Assembly (NCBI GenBank): GCA_036635835.1
Contig: JAVWPP010000001.1
Coordinates: forward strand, 132,890-196,889
Reading direction: 5' to 3'
Length of the DNA stretch: 64,000 nt
Source of the DNA: Clostridia bacterium
GTDB taxonomy: Bacteria > Bacillota > Clostridia > TANB77 > CAG-465
Shown here: piece after piece, positions 22,035-33,909 of the stretch
Layout: each line of letters opens with the position of its first letter
Numbering within the stretch: position 1 is the stretch's first letter
Position numbers and translations under genes: made by a program
The notes under the pieces: model-generated
Database searches by the model: none
Told to the model about the DNA's origin: nothing
The model's input: the letters and a program-made list of their open reading frames with translations, nothing else

Positions 22035-23234
22035 TTATTTAATAACTGTAGCTACTGAACCAGCTCCAACAGTTCTTCCACCTTCACGAATAGCGAATTT
22101 TAATCCCTTTTCGATTGCGATAGGAGTTATTAGGCTAATAGTCATAGTTACGTTATCTCCTGGCATTACCATTTCTTTATCTTTTGGTAATTCAACTATT
22201 CCAGTTACATCTGTAGTTCTGAAATAGAATTGTGGTCTATATCCGTTAAAGAATGGAGTATGTCTACCACCTTCTTCTTTAGTTAATATATACACTTCTG
22301 CTTCAAACTCAGTATGAGGATGAATAGAACCTGGTTTAGCAAGTACTTGACCTCTTTCAATGTCTGTTCTTTGAACACCTCTTAAAAGAACTCCAGCATT
22401 ATCTCCAGCTTCTGCTTGTGATAATTCTTTTCTAAACATTTCTATACCAGTAACAACTGATTTTTTAGTATCGATTAATCCTACAATTTCAACTTCATCA
22501 GAAATCTTTAGAACTCCTCTTTCTACTCTACCTGTAGCAACTGTACCTCTACCTGTGATAGTAAATACATCTTCAACTGGCATTAAGAAAGTTTTGTCTA
22601 CATCTCTTTCAGGATTTGGGATGTAAGAATCAACTGCTTCCATTAATTTGATTATTGGTTGGTATTCAGGGGCACTTAAATCTTTAGAAGTACATTCTAA
22701 TACTTTTAAAGCAGATCCTTGAATGATTGGAGTATCGTCTCCAGGGAAATCATATTTAGATAATAGTTCTCTGATATCCATTTCTACTAATTCAAGTAAT
22801 TCTGGATCATCAACCATATCACATTTGTTCATAAATACAACAATGTAAGGAACTCCTACTTGTCTTGCAAGAAGTATATGTTCTCTTGTTTGTGGCATTG
22901 GTCCGTCAGATGCAGAAACTACTAATATAGCTCCATCCATTTGTGCAGCACCAGTAATCATATTTTTAACATAATCGGCATGTCCTGGGCAGTCAACGTG
23001 AGCGTAATGTCTTGTTGCTGTTTCATATTCAACGTGAGAAGTAGAAATTGTTATTCCTCTTGCTCTTTCTTCAGGAGCACCATCTATTTGATCGTAATCT
23101 CTGAATTCAGCTCCACCAGATAAAGCTAATACTTTAGTGATAGCAGCTGTAAGAGTTGTCTTACCATGATCAACGTGTCCAATTGTTCCAATGTTTGCGT
23201 GTGGCTTATTTCTTTCGAATTTTGCTTTTGCCAT
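22035..23234 (-). CDS. tuf: elongation factor Tu
   Basis: The ORF begins [28 protein letters not shown]. The start is placed at the conserved MAKAKFER Met, not at the first in-frame ATG, because an RBS AGGAGGA lies 8 nt upstream. Confidence 0.97.
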   Translation of the reverse strand: MAKAKFERNKPHANIGTIGHVDHGKTTLTAAITKVLALSGGAEFRDYDQIDGAPEERARGITISTSHVEYETATRHYAHVDCPGHADYVKNMITGAAQMDGAILVVSASDGPMPQTREHILLARQVGVPYIVVFMNKCDMVDDPELLELVEMDIRELLSKYDFPGDDTPIIQGSALKVLECTSKDLSAPEYQPIIKLMEAVDSYIPNPERDVDKTFLMPVEDVFTITGRGTVATGRVERGVLKISDEVEIVGLIDTKKSVVTGIEMFRKELSQAEAGDNAGVLLRGVQRTDIERGQVLAKPGSIHPHTEFEAEVYILTKEEGGRHTPFFNGYRPQFYFRTTDVTGIVELPKDKEMVMPGDNVTMTISLITPIAIEKGLKFAIREGGRTVGAGSVATVIK

Positions 23235-23368
23235 TTTAAATTCCTCCTTAATATTTTTACCTATCAATGTTTTTCACATTGATGGTATTCTACTATATTT
23301 TAAAATATATTTCAATAGACTTAACTAATATTTTGCTAAATCTATTGATTTAATTGATTAATCTACAA

Positions 23369-25450
23369 TTAATCTTTTTTTGATCTTGCAGCTACAATAG
23401 ATTCTAAAACAGACTTTGGAACTGATTCGTAATGACTTGGAGTCATAGAATAAGTACCTCTTCCTTGAGTTTTAGATCTAAGATCTGTTGCGTAACCAAA
23501 CATGTCTGATAGTGGAACAAAGGCTCTAATGATTTGAACACCATTTCTTCCGTCCATTCCTTCCATCTTTCCACGTCTAGAATTAATATCTCCTATAACA
23601 TCGCCCATGTACTCTTCTGGAACTGTTACTTCTACCTTCATATAAGGCTCAAGTAACATTGCTCCACCTTTTCTTTGCGCTTCTTTAATTGCCATAGAAC
23701 CTGCTACTTTGAAGGCCATTTCTGATGAATCGACATCATGATATGAACCATCTACAAGTGCAACTTGAATATCCACTACTGGATATCCAGCTAATATTCC
23801 TGTTTGAAGAGCTTCTTTGATACCTTCATCTGTTGGTTTCCAGTATTCTTTTGGAACAACTCCACCAACAATTTTAGATTCAAATTTATACCCTGAACCA
23901 GGTTCACCAGGAGTAACTTCTAACCATACGTGACCGTACTGACCTTTACCACCTGATTGTCTTACAAATTTACCTTCTACTCTTACAGCATCTTTTATAG
24001 TCTCTTTGTAAGCAACTTGAGGAGCTCCAACATTAGCTTCTACTTTAAATTCTCTTTTCATTCTATCAACGATGATATCTAGATGTAATTCACCCATACC
24101 TTCTATGATAGTTTGACCAGTTTCTTGATTTGTGTATGTTCTAAATGAAGGATCTTCTTCTGCTAATTTTACTAAAGCAAATCCCATTTTTTCTTGATCT
24201 GCTTTTGATTTAGGTTCAATTGCAATAGAAATAACTGGTTCTGGAAATTCAATTGATTCAAGAACTATTGGATGGTCTTCATCACATAATGAATCACCAG
24301 TTACAACGTCTTTTAAACCAACAGCTGCAGCTATATCTCCAGCAAATACTTTTTCAATATCTTTTCTGTCGTTAGCATGCATTTGAAGAATTCTACCAAT
24401 TCTTTCTTTTTTGCCTTTGTTTGCATTAAGTACATAAGATCCTGCAGCAAGTGATCCAGAGTAAACTCTGAAAAATGTTAACTTACCTACATATGGATCT
24501 GTAGCTATTTTAAATGCTAAAGCTGCAAAAGGAGCGTCATCTGTAGAAGGTCTCTCTTCTTCAGTTCCATCTTCTAGTACACCTTTAATAGCTGGTACAT
24601 CTAATGGTGATGGCATGTAATCAATTACAGCATCTAACATTTTTTGTACACCTTTGTTTTTGTAAGAACTTCCACAGAAAACTGGAATCATTGTATTTGC
24701 AATAGTTGCAACTCTAACTCCATTTTTGATTTCTTGCATTGTAAGTTCTTCTCCCTCTAAATATTTAGCCATAGTTTCGTCGTCTTGTTCTGCAACAAAT
24801 TCAACTAACTCGTCTCTATATTTTTTAGAAATTTCTTTTAAATCTTCAGGTATTTCTTTTACTTCAATGTCTGTTCCTAAGTCATTAGTAAATATATATG
24901 CTTTCATATCTACTAAATCTACCATACCTTGAAAATTATCTTCTTTTCCTATTGGAATTTGAAGAGGAATTGCATTTGCACCTAATCTTTCTTTTAACTG
25001 TGAAACACAATTAAAGAAATCTGCTCCTGTAATATCCATTTTGTTTACATATACCATTCTTGGTACATTATATTTGTCTGCTTGTCTCCAAACTGTTTCA
25101 GATTGTGGTTGTACTCCACCTTTTGCGCATAAAACAGTAACAGATCCATCAAGTACACGAAGTGATCTTTCTACTTCTATAGTGAAATCAACATGTCCTG
25201 GAGTATCAATAATATTGATTCTATTTTTATTCCAGAAACAAGTTGTTGCTGCAGAAGTAATTGTTATACCTCTTTCTTGTTCTTGAGCCATCCAGTCCAT
25301 TTGAGCTCCACCATCATGAGTCTCACCAATTTTATGAGTCTTTCCAGTGTAGAACAATATTCTTTCAGTTGTTGTTGTTTTACCAGCATCAATATGAGCC
25401 ATTATACCTATATTTCTTGTATTTTCTAAGCTATATTCTCTTTCTGACAC
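23369..25450 (-). CDS. fusA: elongation factor G
   Basis: The 693-aa ORF contains [21 protein letters not shown]. Confidence 0.97.
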   Translation of the reverse strand: MSEREYSLENTRNIGIMAHIDAGKTTTTERILFYTGKTHKIGETHDGGAQMDWMAQEQERGITITSAATTCFWNKNRINIIDTPGHVDFTIEVERSLRVLDGSVTVLCAKGGVQPQSETVWRQADKYNVPRMVYVNKMDITGADFFNCVSQLKERLGANAIPLQIPIGKEDNFQGMVDLVDMKAYIFTNDLGTDIEVKEIPEDLKEISKKYRDELVEFVAEQDDETMAKYLEGEELTMQEIKNGVRVATIANTMIPVFCGSSYKNKGVQKMLDAVIDYMPSPLDVPAIKGVLEDGTEEERPSTDDAPFAALAFKIATDPYVGKLTFFRVYSGSLAAGSYVLNANKGKKERIGRILQMHANDRKDIEKVFAGDIAAAVGLKDVVTGDSLCDEDHPIVLESIEFPEPVISIAIEPKSKADQEKMGFALVKLAEEDPSFRTYTNQETGQTIIEGMGELHLDIIVDRMKREFKVEANVGAPQVAYKETIKDAVRVEGKFVRQSGGKGQYGHVWLEVTPGEPGSGYKFESKIVGGVVPKEYWKPTDEGIKEALQTGILAGYPVVDIQVALVDGSYHDVDSSEMAFKVAGSMAIKEAQRKGGAMLLEPYMKVEVTVPEEYMGDVIGDINSRRGKMEGMDGRNGVQIIRAFVPLSDMFGYATDLRSKTQGRGTYSMTPSHYESVPKSVLESIVAARSKKD

Positions 25451-25480
25451 AATTTTTCCCCCTTTCGTACTATTTTAATT

Positions 25481-25993
<513 letters not shown>

Positions 25994-26060
25994 TCAGATT
26001 ATTCATCTGCTAGTGCTTTAATAACAAATATATATGTATTATCAAGCACCTACTTTAGAA

Positions 26061-26474
26061 TTATTTTTTAGCTTTCTTAGCTCCGTATTTTGATTTGGCT
26101 TGTACTCTACCTGCAACACCTGCAGTATCCAATACACCCCTAACAATGTGGTATCTTACTCCTGGAAGATCTTTAACTCTTCCTCCTCTTATTAGAACAA
26201 CACTATGTTCTTGTAAGTTGTGACCTATACCTGGAATGTAAGCTGTTACTTCCATTTGGTTTGTAAGTCTAACTCTGGCTACTTTTCTTAAAGCAGAGTT
26301 CGGTTTTTTAGGAGTTTGTGTTTTTACTACAGTACAAACACCTCTTTTTTGAGGAGCAGATTTATCTGTAGGTTGTTTTTTCCTAGAGTTATACCCCTTT
26401 TGTAAAGCTGGTGATTTAGATTTTGTAGATTTTTCATTTCTTCCTTTTCTAACTAATTGACTAAATGTTGGCAC
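26061..26474 (-). CDS. rpsL: 30S ribosomal protein S12
   Basis: The start is placed at the second in-frame GTG, giving (M)[11 protein letters not shown] (compare canonical MPTINQLVRKGR). The RBS GGAGGTG lies 6 nt upstream. Confidence 0.92.
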   Translation of the reverse strand: MPTFSQLVRKGRNEKSTKSKSPALQKGYNSRKKQPTDKSAPQKRGVCTVVKTQTPKKPNSALRKVARVRLTNQMEVTAYIPGIGHNLQEHSVVLIRGGRVKDLPGVRYHIVRGVLDTAGVAGRVQAKSKYGAKKAKK

Positions 26475-26534
26475 TTGATTCACCTCCTGTTTAATGAAAT
26501 CAGATTACATAATTCACATAGGTAATCCTTTAAT

Positions 26535-26563
26535 ATTATACAACAGAAGTTATGTTGTGTCAA
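26535..26563 (-). promoter_or_regulatory. consensus sigma-A promoter of the str operon (TTGACA-17-TGtTATAAT)
   Basis: The minus strand reads TTGACAcaacataacttctgttgTATAAT. Confidence 0.6.
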
Positions 26564-26611
26564 GGCATTTAAGAGAATTTTCCTAAAAATTATATCTGTT
26601 ATTTAAAACCC

Positions 26612-27112
26612 TCAACATTTTAAGTAAATACATATTGGCTTTATACAATTCTTACCAATTTTATGGGCAATTATCACACAACGTTCACAGTTATATTTGC
26701 TTAATTCTTCTTTTTTTATTTTAAACCATGCGGTATCAGTTAGCATATCTAAATCTTCGTTATATTTACCTTCATGATAAAATATATTGCTTGCTTTTTC
26801 TATTTTTTCTTTTACTTTGTTCATTGCTTTATATAAAAATTCATTTCTTTTTATTTGTTTTATATCTTCAATATTAGCATATATCTTTTCCATTCTTCTA
26901 CCATTACCCCAGCGCTCAGATAGGTGAAAGGATGATTTTATGTTTTTACATTCTGTACATGGATCAACACATATTTTATAATCCGTATCTTCTCTATTTT
27001 CAACAGCTATTTCAAAAAACTCGACATTTATTTCGCTCAAACCTAATTGCGCGAGTAACGATAAAACCAATTCTTCATCATAATACAAATAAAAATTTAT
27101 AATCTTCACCAC
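26612..27112 (-). CDS. Cys-rich hypothetical protein (CxxC pairs; possible Zn-binding)
   Basis: The 166-aa ORF has a GTG start and contains the motifs CVDPCTEC, NCERC and CIKPICIYLKC. No family was recognised. Confidence 0.35.
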   Translation of the reverse strand: MVKIINFYLYYDEELVLSLLAQLGLSEINVEFFEIAVENREDTDYKICVDPCTECKNIKSSFHLSERWGNGRRMEKIYANIEDIKQIKRNEFLYKAMNKVKEKIEKASNIFYHEGKYNEDLDMLTDTAWFKIKKEELSKYNCERCVIIAHKIGKNCIKPICIYLKC

Positions 27113-27189
27113 ATCTCTTTATACATTTATATGCACTTTTATTGATATATTTGAATTTTTATGATATATTTATCCGCAAGGAGAATAAT

Positions 27190-28692
27190 ATGAATAAAAC
27201 ACATTTTTTAAAGGAATATTTTGAATTACTATTAGCAGCTAATCTTGTGGTAAAATCTAACGTTTCCTGTATACTTAAAGAAGAAATATCAAACATTTCT
27301 TATAATTCTAAAGAAGTTAACTATAATACTATATTTATTTGTAAAGGAGATGGCTTTAAAACATCATATTTGGATGAAGCCATTAAAAATAATGCATTGC
27401 TTTATATAGCAGATAAAGAATACGAAAACACTAGCAATTCACCATATATTATAGTATCTGATATACGAAAAACTTTAGCGCTAATTTCGCAGTTTTTTTA
27501 TAATACGTCTTTTTCAGATTTTAAAAAAATTGCTGTTACAGGCACAAAAGGGAAAACTACAACTACTTTTTTGCTTAATTACATTTTTAAAGAAGCTTTA
27601 AAAGGTAGCAAATACAATTCTGGAGTAATTTCATCGCTAGTTTTAGATGATGGTAAAAACATCGTAGAATCTAGCTTATCTACTCCAGAATCCCTAGAAC
27701 TGCAGAAACATCTGCATGCATGCAAAAAAAATAATGTTAAATATTTGCCTATTGAAGTTTCAAGCCAAGCAATAAAAATGTCTAGAATATACGGCATAAA
27801 CTTTGATTTTGGTGTATTTCTAAACATTTCAGATGACCATTATAGTCCAGCAGAGCACAAGGATTTCAATGATTATTTTAATACAAAATTACAGCTGTTT
27901 TCAAATTGCACGCGTGCTCTTATTTGTTTAGATGATGAAAATGCAAGCGAAGTATTTAAAGCATCTAAAAACTGCAAAGAAATTTTTTCTTTTAGTCTTA
28001 ATGATACGTCTGCAGATTTTTACGCATCTCAGATTTGCAAAGATAAAGGCCTTACTAAATTTAAAGTTAATTATTTGAATAATGTATATGATTTCGAGCT
28101 TAATATGATAGGCCTTTTTAACGTTTCTAATGCTCTTGCGGCTATTTCTATAGCTCTACTACTAAACATACCTTATAACGCTATTTTCGACGCTTTACGA
28201 CATGCTTCTGTTCCAGGCAGAGCTGAAGTGTTTACAAATACCTCAAGAAACATACATGTTATTGTAGATTATGCACATAACAAACTAAGTTTTGAGAAAA
28301 TGTATGATACTATCCATTCCGAATTTTCTAAATCTAAAATAATAACAGTTTTTGGAGCACCCGGAGGAAAAGCTCTTAATAGGCGTAAAGACTTAGGAAT
28401 TGTAGCAAGTGCAAATTCTAAAGAAATATATATTACAGAAGATGACTCGAATTTTGAAACCACTGAAAATATATCTAACGAAATCTTAAGTTTTGTAGAT
28501 AAAAAAGCTTGCAAATCTTTTATTATTAGCAAAAGAGACCTTGCTATAAAATCCGCAATTAACGCAGCTAAAGATAATGATGTAATATTCATTGCTGGTA
28601 AAGGTTCAGATAAAACTCAGAAAACAAAAGGTAAACAAGTTTCGTACAAAGGTGATTCATATTTTGCAAAAAAATATTTGAATATACAATAA
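27190..28692 (+). CDS. Mur ligase family protein (MurE-like UDP-N-acetylmuramoyl-tripeptide synthetase)
   Basis: The ORF contains VTGTKGKTTTTFLL (Mur ligase P-loop). The start is placed at MNKTHFLKEY, with RBS AAGGAGA 7 nt upstream. The DNPR meso-DAP motif is replaced by EDDSNF. Confidence 0.72.
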   Translation: MNKTHFLKEYFELLLAANLVVKSNVSCILKEEISNISYNSKEVNYNTIFICKGDGFKTSYLDEAIKNNALLYIADKEYENTSNSPYIIVSDIRKTLALISQFFYNTSFSDFKKIAVTGTKGKTTTTFLLNYIFKEALKGSKYNSGVISSLVLDDGKNIVESSLSTPESLELQKHLHACKKNNVKYLPIEVSSQAIKMSRIYGINFDFGVFLNISDDHYSPAEHKDFNDYFNTKLQLFSNCTRALICLDDENASEVFKASKNCKEIFSFSLNDTSADFYASQICKDKGLTKFKVNYLNNVYDFELNMIGLFNVSNALAAISIALLLNIPYNAIFDALRHASVPGRAEVFTNTSRNIHVIVDYAHNKLSFEKMYDTIHSEFSKSKIITVFGAPGGKALNRRKDLGIVASANSKEIYITEDDSNFETTENISNEILSFVDKKACKSFIISKRDLAIKSAINAAKDNDVIFIAGKGSDKTQKTKGKQVSYKGDSYFAKKYLNIQ

Positions 28693-28737
28693 AAAAGACC
28701 TATAGTTACTATTATGTAATCTATAGGTCTCTTTTTT
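28691..28737. terminator. bidirectional rho-independent terminator
   Basis: The hairpin AGACCTATAG-(15 nt)-CTATAGGTCT has a 10-bp stem. It is flanked by AAAAA on one side and TTTTTT on the other. Confidence 0.6.
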
Positions 28738-29896
28738 ATATTTCAATTATATATGTATCTAATACTTTGTAATAAAAAACTTTTTGTGATTGATTGTTTT
28801 TAAAACTTTCATCTTTAGATAAAACTTCTGTTATTTTACGTTCTATATTAGAAATGTTTTTAGGTAAAAATTCAGTTATTGTTCTAGACTTAGCTCTATC
28901 TTCTTTTAAAATTCTGCTAAAATCTGCTTCAAAATTTGAATCATTAGAAAGTATTCTATTAGTAACATTATAATAGTTATATTCATCATTAACTGCTTTT
29001 GGAATAATACTTTGATTATCTATTATATGAGTTTTTTTAATTTTTTCTTCGCTTATATTTAAATATGAATGTAGTGTTTTTTTATCTGTTCCTCTTAATG
29101 ATTTATTAGAAGTTATATCCACATGATACCAATTGTTTTTCAAATTAACAAGTAGCCAGGCATGTGGGCCTTCTTTTATAGAACCAACAACAAATATTGA
29201 CTGTATTCCTATTTTATCTAATAATAATTGTAACCCTTTACTTAATCCATCACAAACAGCAACATCCTCTATTAAAGCGCCATATGCGGTATGCGTCTGT
29301 ATTTCTAATGATTTGTTATAATCATATTCTACTTTTGAGGAAAATTCATCATGTATTATTATTTCATTTTGTATAAGGTCCTCTGCTGTTGCTTTATCTA
29401 CAATATCGTTTATTTCTTTTTCCATTTTATTCATCTGAGTATTTAGTTCTTCTCTATTTTTTACTAAATAATCAAACTTAATATAAAATTTTCTTCCTAT
29501 TAAACCTTTTTGAACTCCAGTTTCATATTTATGTTCTAAATAAAAGACTTCAGGGTGATCCGCAAAAAATGCATCTACAGCTTTTGTTGTTTTTTCTGTA
29601 AATTCATTGTTAGTTATCCCCTTTATATCTATTATAGCCTTCGGTTTTAAACCTTTTACACTATATACTATTTGGGCATATATTTTTTTCTCATCTTCAG
29701 CTAATTTATCGAAAAAATAATATGAGTGTTTTCTTTGTAATTTGTTTACTTTCAAATCATCATTAATTGTTTGCTTATTAAAAGAAATGAATTGATTAAA
29801 ATTAAACTCTAAAATATTAGAATTTATGTTTTTCACTGCAAATACACCTATCACAGCAATGATACATATTACGAATACAATAATTATTTTTTTCAT
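28736..29896 (-). CDS. transglutaminase-like (Cys-His-Asp) membrane-anchored protein
   Basis: The 386-aa ORF has an N-terminal TM anchor. Its core VCDGLSKGLQLLL...GPHAWLLVNLKNNWYHVDIT is arranged like a transglutaminase C/H/D catalytic triad. Confidence 0.5.
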   Translation of the reverse strand: MKKIIIVFVICIIAVIGVFAVKNINSNILEFNFNQFISFNKQTINDDLKVNKLQRKHSYYFFDKLAEDEKKIYAQIVYSVKGLKPKAIIDIKGITNNEFTEKTTKAVDAFFADHPEVFYLEHKYETGVQKGLIGRKFYIKFDYLVKNREELNTQMNKMEKEINDIVDKATAEDLIQNEIIIHDEFSSKVEYDYNKSLEIQTHTAYGALIEDVAVCDGLSKGLQLLLDKIGIQSIFVVGSIKEGPHAWLLVNLKNNWYHVDITSNKSLRGTDKKTLHSYLNISEEKIKKTHIIDNQSIIPKAVNDEYNYYNVTNRILSNDSNFEADFSRILKEDRAKSRTITEFLPKNISNIERKITEVLSKDESFKNNQSQKVFYYKVLDTYIIEI

Positions 29897-29923
29897 ATAT
29901 TTTCCCTCATACTTTAAATAAAT

Positions 29924-30982
29924 TTATTCACCAGCTTGTAGTCTGTCTGCTTTATCTGCAGCTGCTAAAGCATCAAGCATTTCCTCTATACAACCATCCA
30001 TAAATGTCTCTAATTGATATATACTCATGTTAATTCTATGGTCTGTAACTCTTCCTTGTGGATAATTGTAAGTTCTAATTTTTTCACTTCTATCTCCGCT
30101 TCCAACTTGAAGTCGTCTCTCAGTTGCTAGTTTTTTATTTTGTTCTTCTTGCATAAACTCATATAGTTTAGATCTTAGCATTTTCATAGCTGTTTCTTTA
30201 TTTTGTGTTTGTGATCTTTCGCTTTGACAAGTAACAACAAAACCTGTTGGTAAATGTGTTATTCTAATTGCTGATTCAGTCTTATTTACATGCTGTCCAC
30301 CAGCTCCAGATGCTCTATATGTATCTATTTTTAAATCTCCTGTGTTTATATCTACATCTACATCTTCTACTTCTGGTAAAACTGCTACTGTTACTGTAGA
30401 GGTATGAATTCTTCCGGCAGCTTCAGTTTCTGGCACTCTTTGCACTCTATGTACACCGCTTTCGAATTTTAATTTACTATATACATTTTTTCCTTTTACT
30501 AAAAATGAAATTTCTTTTATTCCGCCAATTCCAGTTTCATTAAGGTCTAAAACTTCTACTTTCCATCTTTTTAAATCTGCATACATGCTATACATTCTAT
30601 ATAGATTATGTGCAAATAAAGCTGCTTCTTCTCCACCAGCTCCACCACGGATTTCTATGATAACATTTTTATCATCATTAACATCTTTAGGTATTAAAAG
30701 TACTTTTAGTTCTTCTTCAATTATTGGTAGTTTATCTTTATTTTCATAAAACTCGATTTCGGCCATTTCCTTCATTTCAGGATCGTTCATCATTTGTTTA
30801 GCTTCTTCCATTTCTTGTTTTACTTTTTTATATTCTCTGTATTTTTCAACGACCTCTTCCATATTGGAATGTTCCTTCATGTATTTTCTCCAGTTTTCTT
30901 GGTCTGTAATAACTTCAGGATCACTTATTAATCTAGTAAGTTCGTCGTATTTATTTTCTACTTCTTGTAATTTTTCAAACAT
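29924..30982 (-). CDS. prfA: peptide chain release factor 1
   Basis: The 352-aa ORF contains the PET tripeptide (QRVPETE) and the GGQ motif ([10 protein letters not shown]). Confidence 0.95.
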   Translation of the reverse strand: MFEKLQEVENKYDELTRLISDPEVITDQENWRKYMKEHSNMEEVVEKYREYKKVKQEMEEAKQMMNDPEMKEMAEIEFYENKDKLPIIEEELKVLLIPKDVNDDKNVIIEIRGGAGGEEAALFAHNLYRMYSMYADLKRWKVEVLDLNETGIGGIKEISFLVKGKNVYSKLKFESGVHRVQRVPETEAAGRIHTSTVTVAVLPEVEDVDVDINTGDLKIDTYRASGAGGQHVNKTESAIRITHLPTGFVVTCQSERSQTQNKETAMKMLRSKLYEFMQEEQNKKLATERRLQVGSGDRSEKIRTYNYPQGRVTDHRINMSIYQLETFMDGCIEEMLDALAAADKADRLQAGE

Positions 30983-31015
30983 TTATATTCTCCTTATATC
31001 TATTTTATCTTTTAT

Positions 31016-31044
31016 ATTATATCAACAAACCATTAATTTATCAA
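31016..31044 (-). promoter_or_regulatory. promoter of prfA (TTGATA-17-TATAAT)
   Basis: The minus strand reads TTGATAaattaatggtttgttgaTATAAT. It is followed by an RBS AAGGAGA. Confidence 0.55.
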
Positions 31045-31065
31045 TGTTTTTATGTAAATTTGCGT

Positions 31066-31104
31066 TAAAAAAAGATAGGTTTTCTTCTTTCCTATCTTTT
31101 TTTA
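31066..31104. terminator. bidirectional terminator after the coupling-protein gene
   Basis: The hairpin AGATAGG-(11 nt)-CCTATCT is flanked by A7 on one side and T7 on the other. Confidence 0.55.
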
Positions 31105-31109
31105 CTTAA

Positions 31110-33062
31110 TTAGTCTTCGAAATTATCCGATTTTCCAAATAATTCATCAAATTTTTTTTCTAAAGCTGATTGTATATCTAATTCCTCGGGTTCTGGTTTG
31201 TTTTGCATTGCATCACTTATTGTATTGTTTTTATTGTTTTCTTGTAATTTATTATCTCTAGCTTGTTCAATTTCTTTTGCAAGTCTCTTATTTGTATTAA
31301 AATGTTCTTCTACATTAAAAGTTTTTGGTTCTACATGTTCAAACTTAGGCGCATCTACATAGTCTTTAATTGAATACTTAACTACATTATCTTTTTCAGG
31401 ATGGTATTTAAACCACCAGTATTTTTGTGCCCTTATTGGTTTAAGACCTCTAACTATTAATATTAAATCTTCCATTGGTAAACGTTTTAATTCATCAACG
31501 GTCATTAATTCTCTGCCTTGACGCTGCTCACTAATTGAAACGCCCTTATTGCCATCTCCACCTTTATCTTTTGAGAATGACTTGCTTTCGATTTTTATAG
31601 TTTTTTGACCTAAACTTTTAACCATATATTCGCAAGTTTTAATTGACTGACTTCCTAAAAATAGCTGCGTATCGCAGTTTGCAATGATAGTTTCAAATTC
31701 TTTATATAAATTTTCTAACTGATCTATACTTTGTACAATTATTGATACGCTTATACCTCTACTTCTAGTTGTACTTAATTTTTGTGTGAAATCTGGTATC
31801 TGTCCTATATTTGCAAATTCATCTAATAACAAATAAACTTGTTCTTTTAGCATTCCACCATTTTTATCTGCAGCTGAATATAATTTAGTCATAAGCTGTC
31901 CATAAAATATAGTAAGTATATAATTATATGCTGAATGATCATCTGGTGAAACTACGTATATAGCAGTTTTTCTTCTTCCTAAGTCTTCAAAATCTATATT
32001 ATTTGTTGTTGTTATTTTTTTTATGTTAGGTGAATCAAAATGTGCAAGTTTAGAAACTGTTGAAATTGCTATACTTTGCTTAGTTTTATCTGCAGCAACT
32101 TTTAAGCTTTCATATTCTTTTCTTGCAGCATGTTCTGGATCTAGTTCATCGATAAAAAGCTTATCAAATACTGAATCGTCTGCTCCACCTGCTCTTATTA
32201 TATTAGCGCAACTAGAAAGATTTTTTTCTTCTTCTGGAATAGATGATCCTAAAATATAATATATGCATGATTTAAGCAACATTTTTGCAGTATCTGTCCA
32301 AAAAGGATCACCGCTATTTTTGTCATCTCCAGAACCACCAGTTACAATGGTATGAGCTATTACATCTACATCCTTGTAGTCTATAATATGAGCTAATGGG
32401 TTGTATCTGTCACTATAATCTTGATTAACTAAATTAAATACTTTTACATCGTAACCAGATGCTCTTAAATATTCTGATGTTTCTCTATATAATTCGCCTT
32501 TAGGGTCTGTAATTACGTACGAACCTAGTTTTTGCAAAATATTTGGTTTAACGTAGCAGGCAGATTTACCTGTACCAGAACCACCGAATACTAATATGTT
32601 TTTATTAATTGCTACTTTTTTTAAATCTGTACCTAAAAAATGTGTTCTTGTTAATATGAAACCATTTTTTCTATTTAAAATTTCTTTACCATTTAGTTCT
32701 TTAAATTCTTCGCCTTTTTTACTCCAGTCACTCGAACCATTTTCTTTACCAGAATAATCTGATTTATTAGCTTCTTCTATACTTAACTTTATTGTTGCAG
32801 CTGCAAAAAGTCCAAACGTGATTAAAGATAAAACTCCAACTATATTTAATGTTTCTTTGCTATTAAACATATATTTAATATTATCTATTGGTTTGGTTAA
32901 ATTTGCTTTAAACGATTCCGTAAATTTAGGCATGCGTTGTATTATATTGCTTGCTTCATTTGATACTTGATTCCATGAAACTGACAGTGGAAGCACTAAT
33001 ACCAGAACAACAACTACATATAAAAGTAGTACTACTATTATCTTTTGTTTAGCGTTTTTCAT
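31110..33062 (-). CDS. VirD4/TraG-family type IV coupling protein (conjugative-transfer ATPase), orphan
   Basis: The 650-aa ORF has two N-terminal TM helices. It contains the Walker A motif VFGGSGTGKSACYVKPNI, the family-typical ITDPKGELY motif, and the Walker B motif VYLLLDEFANIG. The C-terminal tail is acidic. Confidence 0.7.
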   Translation of the reverse strand: MKNAKQKIIVVLLLYVVVVLVLVLPLSVSWNQVSNEASNIIQRMPKFTESFKANLTKPIDNIKYMFNSKETLNIVGVLSLITFGLFAAATIKLSIEEANKSDYSGKENGSSDWSKKGEEFKELNGKEILNRKNGFILTRTHFLGTDLKKVAINKNILVFGGSGTGKSACYVKPNILQKLGSYVITDPKGELYRETSEYLRASGYDVKVFNLVNQDYSDRYNPLAHIIDYKDVDVIAHTIVTGGSGDDKNSGDPFWTDTAKMLLKSCIYYILGSSIPEEEKNLSSCANIIRAGGADDSVFDKLFIDELDPEHAARKEYESLKVAADKTKQSIAISTVSKLAHFDSPNIKKITTTNNIDFEDLGRRKTAIYVVSPDDHSAYNYILTIFYGQLMTKLYSAADKNGGMLKEQVYLLLDEFANIGQIPDFTQKLSTTRSRGISVSIIVQSIDQLENLYKEFETIIANCDTQLFLGSQSIKTCEYMVKSLGQKTIKIESKSFSKDKGGDGNKGVSISEQRQGRELMTVDELKRLPMEDLILIVRGLKPIRAQKYWWFKYHPEKDNVVKYSIKDYVDAPKFEHVEPKTFNVEEHFNTNKRLAKEIEQARDNKLQENNKNNTISDAMQNKPEPEELDIQSALEKKFDELFGKSDNFED

Positions 33063-33127
33063 ATTTAATTCCTCTCTCGAAAGTATATATTTATTATACC
33101 TTTCTTTATATAAAAACTAATATATTA

Positions 33128-33313
33128 CTATAATATTGGTCCATCTTCTTGGACTTTGACTCTCTTCTCTAATCCTCTAACATTAACGTTTTGAGACTGT
33201 GTTTGATATCCTCTGTTTTGAGGTATTGTGCTTCTTGTTTCTTCTTTAAATAATTCCTCAATTTCCTTAGGAACAAGAACGGCTGCATTTATAATAAATT
33301 TAAATAATCCCAT
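33128..33313 (-). CDS. small hypothetical protein (61 aa)
   Basis: The ORF lies between the GyrI-like gene and the coupling-protein gene. It is hydrophilic and shows no recognisable family. Confidence 0.3.
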   Translation of the reverse strand: MGLFKFIINAAVLVPKEIEELFKEETRSTIPQNRGYQTQSQNVNVRGLEKRVKVQEDGPIL

Positions 33314-33345
33314 ACAACTCTTCCTTTCTATGCTTTATATACCCG

Positions 33346-33864
33346 TTATTCTACTCTTAATTCTAAAACTATATACGGTCTATATGGTAATAACTTATAT
33401 CTTCCTTTTAACACTTTAGTTACTTCTTCTACAAATAAAGTTGGTTTTACTTCTTCTGCTGTTTGTGTGTCTATTATGGAAAAATGTCTTTTTAAACTTG
33501 AAGCATATGTATATTCCTTGTATTCAATAGCATCTTGGTTATATACAGTGCCATATGCAAGTGGCAACACTTCATCTGACTTTTCAAAGCCTTTTTCAGA
33601 TAAAACACCTGTATTTAAATATGCTTTATTATCACATAAAGTTAATAATACTATAAATTGCTCATCTCTATTTGCATTTACAACACTGAAAATTTTCTTA
33701 TTTTCACCATTTTCAATAGCTGTGCTATTTTCTATTTTTTCTAAACTAAATATTGGTTCTTTTGTGTCTTGACCCATATTGTAGCTTCTATCTGCAACAA
33801 ATGCAATTGTTTTCATACCAGGTAAGTCTACAACTTCAAATTTATTTACCCCTATATTATTCAT
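33346..33864 (-). CDS. GyrI-like/effector-binding-domain-like small protein (tentative)
   Basis: The 172-aa ORF has an N-terminus FEVVDLPGMKTIAFVAD that resembles GyrI-like/AraC effector-binding domains. The RBS is AAGGGGGA. Confidence 0.35.
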   Translation of the reverse strand: MNNIGVNKFEVVDLPGMKTIAFVADRSYNMGQDTKEPIFSLEKIENSTAIENGENKKIFSVVNANRDEQFIVLLTLCDNKAYLNTGVLSEKGFEKSDEVLPLAYGTVYNQDAIEYKEYTYASSLKRHFSIIDTQTAEEVKPTLFVEEVTKVLKGRYKLLPYRPYIVLELRVE

Positions 33865-33909
33865 GTTTAATCCCCCTTACAAAGATAACATAATATCTTA
33901 ATCAAATTC

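Noticed and set aside
21991-22227. 78-aa plus-strand ORF overlapping the end of tuf
   Set aside because: It is antisense to tuf, and its start lies inside the terminator hairpin.
22035-23267. Longer tuf ORF starting at [11 protein letters not shown]
   Set aside because: The conserved EF-Tu N-terminus is MAKAKFER, and the AGGAGGA RBS is positioned for that Met. The 11-codon extension has no RBS.
33228-33772. Plus-strand ORFs of 63 and 101 aa overlapping the GyrI-like gene
   Set aside because: These are antisense shadows. The minus-strand genes have RBSs and a shared consensus promoter.
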